Positions 47,601 through 59,600 of a stretch of 64,000 nt of DNA are shown here, in pieces. The notes under the pieces are model-generated. The model worked only from the letters and a program-made list of their open reading frames with translations, had not been told where the DNA came from and made no database searches. Origin of the DNA: Sphaerodactylus townsendi (Eukaryota). Every line of letters starts with the position of its first letter. Position 1 is the first letter of the stretch. A program made the translations under genes and the position numbers. The stretch lies in assembly GCF_021028975.2 (NCBI RefSeq), contig NC_059428.1, positions 148,304,001 through 148,368,000 on the forward strand, given 5' to 3'.

Positions 47601-50600
47601 NNNNNNNNNNNNNNNNNNNNNNNNNNNNNNNNNNNNNNNNNNNNNNNNNNNNNNNNNNNNNNNNNNNNNNNNNNNNNNNNNNNNNNNNNNNNNNNNNNNN
47701 NNNNNNNNNNNNNNNNNNNNNNNNNNNNNNNNNNNNNNNNNNNNNNNNNNNNNNNNNNNNNNNNNNNNNNNNNNNNNNNNNNNNNNNNNNNNNNNNNNNN
47801 NNNNNNNNNNNNNNNNNNNNNNNNNNNNNNNNNNNNNNNNNNNNNNNNNNNNNNNNNNNNNNNNNNNNNNNNNNNNNNNNNNNNNNNNNNNNNNNNNNNN
47901 NNNNNNNNNNNNNNNNNNNNNNNNNNNNNNNNNNNNNNNNNNNNNNNNNNNNNNNNNNNNNNNNNNNNNNNNNNNNNNNNNNNNNNNNNNNNNNNNNNNN
48001 NNNNNNNNNNNNNNNNNNNNNNNNNNNNNNNNNNNNNNNNNNNNNNNNNNNNNNNNNNNNNNNNNNNNNNNNNNNNNNNNNNNNNNNNNNNNNNNNNNNN
48101 NNNNNNNNNNNNNNNNNNCTCTTTCTCTCCTGCAGGAGACTCAAAGGGGCTTACAATCTCCTTGCCCTTCCCCACTCACAACAAACACCCTGGGAGGTGG
48201 GTGGGGCTGAGAGAGCTCAGAAGAACTGTGACTAGCCCAAGGTCACCCAGCTGGCGTGTGTTGGAATGCACAGGCTAATCTGAATTCCCCAGATAAGCCT
48301 CCACAGCTCAAGTGGTAGAGCGGAGAATCAAACCCGGTTCCTTCAGATTAGAGAGCACCTGCTCTTAACCACTACAACGCTGCTGCTCTCAGGATTGCAG
48401 GATTAATACTGTGATTTGAGCCACGCCTCTCTTGCTGCAAAGAAAACAACAGTCCTGCCTCCAGAGAAGTCTACAAATTACACAAATTTATTTATCTAGT
48501 TCATTCTATGGGACCCTTTCCCAGTCAGAGCTGGGCTCAGGGTAGCTGACACACATAATACTACAAAATACAAATGTAGGCAGCAGGGCAGAGCTCTTAC
48601 TGTGCACAACTAACACTGTGTTTGGTCCCCAATTCATATTCTATTAACACTTTATCCTGCAGAGGTGACTGTTTAAAGTACTGAATACACTAACCCCTGT
48701 GGCTCCTGAAAATTCCCCTCTGTGTGACTTTCTGAGAATTCAGGCACTGTGGACTAGCAACTAGGTTTTGCTACTTTTATTTTTTTTAAGATGAGAGCTA
48801 CGATTCTCAGGGAACTCAGAGTTCCTTGCTTGGGTCCCCATTTAGCCTTTTTCCTGCATGCCACTGAAAAGTCCACCCGTCTGAGCTAAAGCGTGGCCAA
48901 ACTGCAGAACCCGTTGATACCCGCGTTGACGTCCGCCATGAACTCCCGGCTATCGTTCCGGCGCATGAGTCGACACCTTCCCGGCTTTCTCGTTGTCCCG
49001 CAAAACGTCGCTCGCCAGGGTGTAGTCGGCCAGCTGTGCTGGGGTGAAAGCCTCTCTGGCATCCATCTGTGGGACAAAGAGAGTTCTCATCTCCTTGGCA
49101 GCAAGCAGCTAAGCTTCAGACAAGCCATGTGAACAAGGCAGCTCATCCATAGAGTCAAAGAGTTGCGAGAGACCCCCAAGGGCCATCAAGTCCAACCCCC
49201 TGCCATGCAGGAACACACAATCAAAGCGCTCCTGTCAGATGGCCATCCAGCCTCTCTTGAAAAACCTCCAAAGAAGGAGACTCCACCACACTCCTAGGTA
49301 GTGCATCCCACTGTCGAACAGCCCTGACTGTCAGGAAGTTCTTCCTGATGTTTTGGTGGAATCTATGTTCCTTCACCTTGAACCCATTCCTCCTGGTCCT
49401 AGTCTCTGGAGCAGCAGAAAACAAGCTTGCTCCCTCAACGACATGACATCCCTTCCAATATCTGAACATGGTGATCATGACAACCTTCTCTTCACCAAAC
49501 TAAACATCCCCAGCTCCCTAAGTCTCTCCTTGTAGGGCGTGGATTCCAGACCTTTGACCATTTTGGTTGCCAATCCAATCAGGGTTCTTACCGCACTGAA
49601 ATCTGGATTGATGTCAGTCAGATCTTTGTAACGGGCTAAGGAACTGAAGGCTCCAAAGTTGGAACGCAGCCAGCCCAAGCTGCCCCGGGTGTTCTCCGTG
49701 CAAGGATCACCTGTACAAAATACAGAGGCGCTGAAGAGGTCCTCCCTCAATCTGCCCCATTCCTTTGGCTGAGAAAGTGACTACATTCAACGCTAAGCAA
49801 AAAAAATGGCTGTAAATCATCTTATTCAATAGCCCCTCCGCTAACTTTGACGATAGAGATAAAGGCTGTTAAATAAAAGTTTCCCCACTCCCACAGAGAT
49901 AAAGTTCTCCTGTAACCACTTCCAATTGCAGGTGAGGTAGTCGGACAACTGGATTCCCCCCTTTGAATGCACAGCATGTAGAATATTAGACGCAAAAGAG
50001 GAGGTGGTTAGTCTATTCGCCTCCCTGACACGTTAGCTTTCTATGAACAGGGAGTGCCTTGTGTTGCTGGTTTTTAAGAGGAGCCTGCAAAGATGCGAGG
50101 AATAGCTTTATTTATTTATTTGTTTGTTTGTTTTATATATACCCTTCCCCTCTCCCCAGTTAAGACCCAAAACAGCTTACATCCTTCCCTTCTCCTCCAT
50201 TTGATATTCACAACACTGTAAGGTAAGTTAGGCTGAGAATGGGTTACCAGCCCAAGACCAATCACTAAGCTTTTGTGGCAGAGGGGGGATTCGAATCTGA
50301 CTCTCCTAAATCCTAGTGCAACACTAGAACCACGACATAAAGCGTTGTCCCGAGTCCTTGGTTCCAGTAGATTGACCAATCACATTTTTTTTATTTTAAA
50401 TTTAGAAAGGACGTTCCATGTGTGGAAGACCGTCCCAGAAGCTAACAGTAAGGATAAGCAGGCTTCAATTTTTACCTCCCTGAGAGGTCTTGGAAGCCAG
50501 GTAGCGTTGGGCGAAGGCATAGACATCGTGATGACTGTCCAGAGACATCTGCTCAAAGGCTCCGTTCAGACCAGTCATTCTGGGAGGGAAGAGAAGAGGA

Positions 50601-53600
50601 GGAAAGGGCCACGGATTAGGGACTTTGCACGTGACATGCAGCAGCAAACCCAGGTTTGAAGTTATGTTCCCTCACTACGGAAGGCACCTTCACTAACAAA
50701 ACAAAACAAAAGAAGTTTCAAGAATGGACCTAAACCTATTTGAACCAATTCTGAGCTGCCCAGACCTTTGTAGACAGTCATTTAGGGTGAATGCCAGTGG
50801 GGTGAGGGAGAATCTGGATTACAAAGATAGCCCCCACCCCCACTTGCAGGTACTCATAGAATCAGAGAGGTGGAAGAGAGTTCCAAGGGCCATCAAGTCC
50901 AACCCCCGGCAGTGCAGGAACTTTGCAGCTGAATTGTTTGCACAATCAGGGATCCTGGGAAATAAGAAGGGTCCTAACTGTATTGGTCTGAACGTGTGAA
51001 AGGTCAACGCGCGCCATCTATTGAATGCGCATCAGTCGGAGGGAGACCGCCAAAGCAGTGAACTAGTTTAAATTCACCACTCATTTTTTTTCATCCCACG
51101 TAATTGTCCGAAAAGAGTTCCCGTGTGGGTCTTTCATCCTCAAACCCTTTCTAAGAATATTAGCTCCCTACCCCTGTTTTCCTCCCTCCCAACTCCAAAT
51201 ATTCTCCGTTCCTCTTCGGCATTTCCTTCTTTCTTTGACTGACTCCCTGTCCTGGTAGGAGAGCAAATATTTAAACCCACTGGATACGCACATGATTTTG
51301 AAAACACCGCACGGGATAGTCCTGGGGAGAACGTTCAGGGCGGAGGCGTTGATGCTGGGCAGCCACAAGCTGAGCTTGTTTTGGAACCAGTCCTTGTATT
51401 GGGAAACGCTTGTGATGGTAAACAAATGCTTGACTTTGCTGAAGATAGCTTGGAACATCATGTTTCTCACCTCTTGGTTGGGCATCATGTTTACACCACT
51501 CTGCCGACAGAGAACACACAACAGAGTCCGTTAACGGCCCCATCTGAGAAGAGGCCAAATGGACACATGTGCCCATGGTGCTGTGCAGATTGATTGATTG
51601 ATTATCTGTACTTGATTGATTATCTATCAGAAACATTGATTAGCTGCCTTTCTACCTGTTGAAACTCAAGGTTTCAACATGTAAATAAAATAAATATCAT
51701 GTAAATAAAATACGAATTCCATTCTCCTGACCTTCTTCAAACTATGAAAAACTCGAGGGCTTTTCTGTGCAGGTAATAAGGCTGCACAGACTTACTTGGA
51801 TAAATGGCTGAGACGTGTGGTCTTTACTATTGTATATCTAGCGTACTGTAAGTAGGATCCAATTAAGTAGAATCTGTTCCACTTAATATGTCATATTAAT
51901 ACTTATGCTATGCTTCAAATCTTTGGGGTGGTTCCAGGCTTCTAAAATCCTAATGAATTGCTTATTGGATGTCTCATTTTTTTCCAACTGTACTGGCTAA
52001 CTCTGTGTAATCCACCCTGAGTCCCTGTGAGAAAGGCAGACTATAAATAACATAAATAGATAATAAAAATAAAACAACACATAAAAGACCATAATTTAAA
52101 ATCTCGTGTAGGACTGCCATGAAATAAAAACTAAGATTGGCCAAATTAAATCCTCAATAAAACTGACTTCAGCTGCCTCCTGACAATTGAACGTTGGGGG
52201 GCAGGAACATTGTGTTGTTACACAATTGAGGGGCTGCCACTGAGAATGCCCTGCCCCATGTACTTTTTTGGTGGATGGGACAGACAGGAGAGCTTTAGGT
52301 GACAGGTGATCACAGTATTTACTGTTATGATGAGTTCAGACTTGCCAAAGACATGTTATTTCTTGGTTTTCTTCAAAGGTTTTCTAAACCTGGCTTCTCC
52401 TCTCCACAGAAATGGGACTCGAGTGTCTGCAATCAGACACCTGTGCTCCAAGGCCATTTTTCAATGTCACTGAGGATTCCGGGATGAATTTGCACATAGC
52501 TGCAAAATCTGGAATTCGTCCCTTTGCAGTGTGACAAGAGATTCTGGTCTGCTTCATTGGTACTCCTGAATACCAATGAAGCCTTCGACAATACATGTAC
52601 TCCTGAATGTATTGCTAATCCTGGAGAAAAGGTGCATTTTCTTGGAGTACATCCTGTGAATGCGCTTGTCGAGTCCAGATGCCCCCCAAGGGGGTGTGAG
52701 ATTTCCAGGGGCTTCACAGGACTAGGTGCATGTTTCAGGACCATGGTTAGCGACAGTGATCGTACCTGAGCGGCGACAGCCATGAATTCTGTCACGAAAG
52801 CAATGGTGTCCGCGGGAGGTCTGTTCTCCAGTGGCATCAAGAGAGAGCTGACCGCCTCAGGGGAATCCAGGATGCCCGGCTCAAAGAAGACATGAGCCAA
52901 TTGGGTGGAGGTGAGATTGTGCCTGACCTCAAACTGCAGAGACACAGATAAGATCGCAGTGAGATGGTTCTTGAATACAAAATCCTGAATTTTTTCCCCA
53001 CTATCAGAAGAGAGCTCCACCGTTGGTCGGCTGTGCAAAATGCACACTTCACGCAGCCAGAGGCTGAAGAGCCTAATACAGTGGTGGCAAACCTTTGGCA
53101 CTCCAGATGTTATGGACTACAATTCCCATCAGCCCCTGCCAGCATGGCCAATTGGCCATGCTGGCAGGCTTGTGAGAATTGTAGTCCACTGAAGTCTGGG
53201 GTCCAAAGGTTCGCCACCACGGGCCTAATAAATTTACTACTTTTCCTCCCAATTATTTTTGCGAGCATAGAATGTTGGGAAACAAATCTGGCCCCAAATC
53301 TGGCCCCAAAATAGACTTCAGATGTTCAGATGGATGATGAAGAAGAAGAAGCTGCAGCAGCACCAGGAGGAGGAGGACAAGAAGAAGAAGAAAGAGGAAA
53401 GGTTTGGATTTATATTCCCCTATACTCCTGTAAAAGAGACCTCAGGGGGCTTACAGCCTCCTTTCCCTTTTAACAACAAACACCCTATGAGGTGGGGTGG
53501 GAACTGAGGGCCTCCAAAGAACTGTGACTAGCCTAAGGCCACCCAGCTGGCATGTGTTGGAGTACACAGGCTAATCTAGTTCACCAGAGAAGCCTGCAAA

Positions 53601-56600
53601 GCTCTAGTGGCAGAGTGGGGAATCAAACCGCATTCCCCGGATTAGAGGGTACCTGCTCTTAACCACTACACCACGCTGGTTGAAGATGAGGATATACTCA
53701 GATGAGGGGATATGCTCAGAAGATGAGGGGATATACTCAGACACTCACCCCACTGAAATCAGTAATCAGCTTTGTGAAGTCTTCATAAGGAGCGTTTGCT
53801 GCAAATGCCCCCAAATTATCCTGCAACCAGGCCTCCATTCCTCTGGTTTTAGAAGCACAGGCTGACCCTGAAAATCACAGATAACAGAAGAGGCTCTCTC
53901 AATACATCTTTGTGTGTGGGGGGCGGGAGGGGAAGTCTGCCAGCTAGCCAAGTGCAAGGGATCTGGATCAAGAATTATGTGACATTATGGAGGAGAACTC
54001 TATGTATGGCTACCAATCTTGATCCTCCTTGATCTGAGATTGCAATGCCTTAGCAGACCAAGTGCTCAGGAGCAGCAGCAGCAGAAGGCCATTGCTTTCA
54101 CATCCTGCACGTGAGCTCCCAAAGGCACCTGGTGGGCCACTGCGAGTAGCAGAGTGCTGGACTAGATGGACTCTGGTCTGATCCAGCAGTCTCTTGCTTA
54201 TGTTCTTGTGCCGGGCTCTCAAAGACAGAGGAAGCTGTCCTGAGAAAGCTGGGCTGGGAGTGGGGTCCAGATGCTGTCCTCTGAGGTCTGAGGTCTGAAA
54301 TGCAAGAATGGTACCTGTCGTGCTCTGCTGGCTTTCCAGGAAGGCAAACAAAGACTTGTAGATGCTTTCTTGGTTGGGTGTTGGGATGGAAGAATGAACA
54401 TGGCCCAGAGAGGACACCCTGAATAAGAGACGGGCAGCATGAGCAACGTCCAGTGGATATTTCAGACAGTTTTTGAATCAGATAAACAAGAACATTCAAA
54501 TCACTCCATGACCAGGAAAAGAAGACAAAAAGGAGGTAAGTTAAGCCGGGTTTTAGAACCTGCAAATCTTTTTCTTTCCTGATCTCTCATATACTCAGGC
54601 AAAGTATGCATGCCACATATCACGATAACTCCCCACCCCAGCTGCTAGGATGTTGAAGATCACTATGTTATTGTGAAGATCACATACTAATGCCAGGAAG
54701 TCTGTGTAGCACAGTGGATGATTTAGCACCCTCTTTGACAAGGCGTGGCATAGTGGTTAAGTGCTTGCACTGCCACGGTCAGGAGTTCGAGCCCCCTGTG
54801 GGCCAGATATCCTGGCAGCTGGTTTATGGTCAACTCAGCCATCCATCCATTTCCCTTGGTGATGGTGAATTGAGTACCTAGCTCATAGCGGGGGTAAAGA
54901 ATAGCCGGGGAAAGCAATGGCAAACTACCCCACAAGAGACTTGCCTTTGAAATCACTGCTCGCAGTGGTATCCCAGGGTCGGACACGACTGAAGGGGAAA
55001 CTTTACCTTTTACCTTTTGACGAGGAGTCTTGGGTTCAGATCCTTTCCGAGAGCACTTGCGCCACTAGTTCTTTTGCACCTACCTCGCAGGGTAGTAGCC
55101 AATATAAAAGAGTGGGCTTTTCATTTCCACGTGCTGTTCCTTGATTTTGGCTTTGCTCCCCCATAAAGAGAATGAAACCAGAGTGATGTTTTATACTCAC
55201 ACAGCTCTGAAGCTGTCGCAGCCAGAAACACGAGACAGGATCTGTTCCAATTCCTTTTCGCCAGCGCTGGGCAGAAAGAGAGCTAACCTTTCGGACAGCA
55301 AATGGGTCCAGTTTCCAGGTCGGAAGGTTGAGAACTCAGCTCCAGTTGCCTCCATGAACAAAGAGAGCATCTTTTTACGGATGACTTCCTCTTTGAGGGA
55401 TGTTATAGCAAGCTGCATAGCATTGAAAAGGGAGAGGGAAATGCTGCATTGGCTGCACGTTCCTTATCTCTGAAATACCGATAAATAAAGTGTCCCATTC
55501 GCTGCTCCTGCAATGACAATTTTAACTGTTGTGGTGTCACGGACTGTTCAGAAACATTCCACATGCTCTCGTGAAAATCTGCTAGCAAGAGAACACACCC
55601 AAACAATGAAGTTTCTGCAGAGGAACTGAAAGGTCAGCTTAGCTGGGACACGCACCTTATTTGACTGGATCACTGTCTTTTAAACTTTTTTTTAAAGCCA
55701 TATACCTTCTGAGCCTCCACATTGAATTGGTCCAGATACTGGTAGACGGCTTCTAGTGGTTTGTTCTCCAACCTGGCCATAATTTGGCACATCTTCTCTT
55801 CCTCGTTGATGGCATCCGAGCGGAGAGTGAGAGACGCCAGTTGTGGTGGAGACAGACTCTCGAGCGCAGCCATCTGTGGCAGGGAGGGAGGGGGGACATA
55901 ACACAGGCAAGGATGATTTTTTTTCGGGCTTCACCAAGGACACGATTGCTGCACGGCACTCCTCACTAGAAATGAGCCAAGTGTGCCGAAACAACAGGTT
56001 GGTTATAAATCCTGCGAAATCTAAAATAATGGTCTTTTCCAACATCTTTAGACCCATGAGATGGTCCATCCAAGGGGTTGGCATAGAGCAAGTCAAATTG
56101 TTCAAATACCTTGAGATAACATTTCACCATAAGTTAAGCTGGACCACTCATAGGAACAATACTATTAAAGGTTGCAAGAATCTGTCCACTGCAGTTCTGA
56201 AATTTTTTAACATCCATGGTGGAAGGTTTATTCCAGCAGCACCGAAGGTGTTTAATGCCAAGGTGGTCCAGTACCTATTGTACGGTATCCCTGTTTGGAT
56301 CCAAACTTGGCACAAGAACCTGGAGCCCGATCAATCAAACTTCCTATATAAGATATTTGGCACCCCATTGTGTCCCTTATGGTGTACTCTGTGTCTGGAA
56401 TCAGGGCAACATTTATTAGAAACTAGGGCATGGGCTGTAACGGTTGGGATTTTGGCTGGCGTCTCTGCTTCTGCACAGATCCAGAAAGTTTATCTTTGCT
56501 GAAATGAGGGAGCTTCAGCTTTTGGAGAGTGGTGGCTCCATATTGGAAAAAAAATCTTCTCCTTGGGTTTCTCATGGGAGTCTCTTCATATGCTTACTGC

Positions 56601-59600
56601 CACGGAAATTTACCATCATCTAAAGATCAGACTGTACGACCAGGCATACCAATCTCTCCTGAGTGCTGCACAAAGCTCCTGTTCCCCTCTATACCTTGGG
56701 ATCACACCCCCGAAATCTAGCCCTGCTGTATACTTAGAACAGCTTGTTAATTATAAGTGCAGATGGGTCATGACAACAGCAAGGTGCAACTCATTCCCCT
56801 CTGTCTATCTTCAAGGTCGTTTCCTTAACATCCCACAAAGTGAGCGTTGCTGTCGGTGCTGTCCCAATGCTATAGACCAGGGGTAGGGAACCTGTGGCTC
56901 TCCAGATGTTCAGGAACTACAATTCCCATCAGCCTCTGTCAGCATGGCCAATTGGCCATGCTTGTGAAGCTGATAGAGTAACCAGTTCAGGCAGCCTCTG
57001 GCTCTGGAATTCTACTATAGGCAATCCTCATATCCTGCTTTACTGTTTGAGGGTATAGTAGTACATTAGAACTGATCTGGGAGCTTTACTACCTCTAGAA
57101 TTTATGTTTCTCTCAGACAAACTAAGAAATGTCTAAGCTATTGAACAGCCCTCATGTAGAAATTTCTGGAAGCAGTTGCTACATTTTTAATCCATGTTCT
57201 ACATGATATATAACAATGATCCTGTTCTTGTACTTGGAATGTATGGTACTTCTGGCTTATGCCCAATAAAGGTTTTTGGATTGGATTGGAGCCAAGTGGC
57301 TTCCTGGTCTCAGTCTGACTTATTCTTTCCCAGCTTTTTCAGAGAGAACAGTTTGTGGAGATCTCAAAAGCATCCGGGCCTTTCCAACTCCTTCCTTCAT
57401 AGCAGCCCACTATCCTTTGTCTTGCTAGTTTCAGACTCTAGGGTTACCAATTCCAGATTGGGCCATTTGGAGATTGAAGCTTGGAAAAAGTAGGGTTGGG
57501 GGAAGGGAGGGATCCAGCGGGGCACAATGTCTTCAAACCAGATATTTCTCTCCAGGGGGATAAGAATTTGTAGTCTGGAGAATATCTGTAATTCTAGGAG
57601 ATCTCCCAGCCCCACCTGGAAGCTGCAAGTGTGAATTTCACACAGTGGCGTAGGAGGTTAAGAGCTCGTGTATCTAATCTGGAGGAACCAGGTTTGATTC
57701 CCAGCTCTGCCGCCTGAGCTGTGGAGGCTTAGCTGGGGAATTCAGATTAGCCTGGGCACTCCCACACGCCAGCTGGGTGACCTTGGGCTAGTCACAGCTT
57801 CTCGGAGCTCTCTCAGCCCCACCTACCTCACAGGGTGTTTGTTGTGAGGGGGGAAGGGAAAGGAGATTGTAAGCCTTGAGTCTCCTGCAGGAGAGAAAGG
57901 GGGGATATAAATCCAAAACTCTTCTTCTTCTTCATCATCCTGTTTGTTCAAACCTCCTTTTTCGCTTTCCCCTGAATACCAATAGAAATGATGGGGGTTG
58001 TTGGAGGGACACTGTTCACTGTGTGCAAGTGTTTTGCTAAGAAGGAATTCCCCGGAGTTTCTAGAAATGGCAGTTTGTAGAGTCACAGATCCCCAAAACT
58101 GACACTCACCCCATCAAAACGGAGATTCCAGCTCAGCAGGTCCTCATAGTCCACATAACTGCTGAAGCTGCCAAGGTTGGTTGTCAGCCAGTCCAGAGTG
58201 CCCTGAGTGGGGTGTCCACATGCAATGCCTGAGAGAAAGGGAGAAAACTTGAAGTCTAAGCGGATAAGAACTAAGGGGTTTCCCTGCAGGATAAGACTAG
58301 TTCACCATCCTTTCACTCACTGCCAATCAACAAGCTGGGTATGGAGAGAGATGAGTCCTTTCCTGTCTTGCCTAGAAGAACCCACTGGTTTTCAAAGATT
58401 TAAAAAAACAAACCCACAGTTCACCCCCCCGCCCCCCGGTCAGGTTTACCTGATTTGACCTTTCGCCCCAGAAATGCTTTGCTGAACTGAAAAATGCTCT
58501 GACTGCTCTCGGCCGGGATGTTGGCGTAGACCTTGTTGAAAGCTTTCAGTCTGGGAAACAAAACAAGCCAGTTAATGCCTTCCCAACGGCAGATGCAGAA
58601 TCAATGTCTTGTGTCAGCCCAATTAGCATTAAGAAAAAGGAGGCAAGGTTTCAGGTTCCACAGGACTCTTTGTGCCGAGCACACGTAACAGAAGACCCTT
58701 ATATTTCACTCTCTCATCTGAAGCAAAAAAGGCAGACTTTGCTTCTATCAAGGTTGTGATTGTAAGCCTTATAAAAACCAACTCTTCCTCTTCTTCTTGA
58801 ACAGGGTATTTGAACTCTGCGGTCCCATGCCCCATACTCTAACCACTGCACCCTTTATATACAGCTTCAACACCAAAGTGCACGAGGCAGTTAGCTGCAA
58901 AAATCAGCCAATGCCAAATACAATAAAAAAAACCCTTGTTAAAAGCTTAAAACCACAAAATTGATTAGGTAGGTAGATTGTAGTCCTACAGCGCCACCAC
59001 TGCGGCAGGCTGAACTTGGTGTTGCAGTTTCAAGTCCAGTTGGGCACAGAAGACTGTGAAAAGTTGGCCAAGGCCCAATGGGCTGGAATTTCTCAGTCAG
59101 AAACAATAGGCTTGGCTGACTCAGCAGATCCTAGTCCAAGGTGAACAGTCACAAACAAAAGGGATTCATTTCCCCATCAGGCAAGAAACACTCACATTTG
59201 CTGGTAAGAGTCACATGATAAGCTGAGTGGGATCTGGGCCATCATCGTCTCATTCACAGCGTGTAGAATGTATTGGAAGGCCCCTTGGAACCAATAAGTG
59301 AAATCGCTCTCCGTGAACCGGGGAAAGGCGGGTGCTATAATTTGGAAGGCGTGGCTCAAAACAAAGCTCGCGTGTGTGCTCCTCTGCAGCTCCCCTTGAG
59401 AAGAAAATAATTGCCATTCGTTAGTCTTTAAAGAGGGCATCCATTTTAAACACCAACTAATATCTACCGTATATACTCGTGTATAAGCCGAGTTTTTCAG
59501 CCCTGTTTGAAGGCTGAGAAAGCCCCCCTAAACATACCGCAGTCTCAACCCCTAACAATCTGTGTGTGAGGCCGAGGGGCTGGGCCGGGACAACCTCCCT

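Noticed and set aside
55403-55606. Extra exon of the six-module gene
   Set aside because: Exons 55873-55706 and 55412-55201 already join in phase, and the ORF lacks module motifs.
55843-56502. 219-aa ORF as a host gene
   Set aside because: Truncated LINE reverse-transcriptase remnant.
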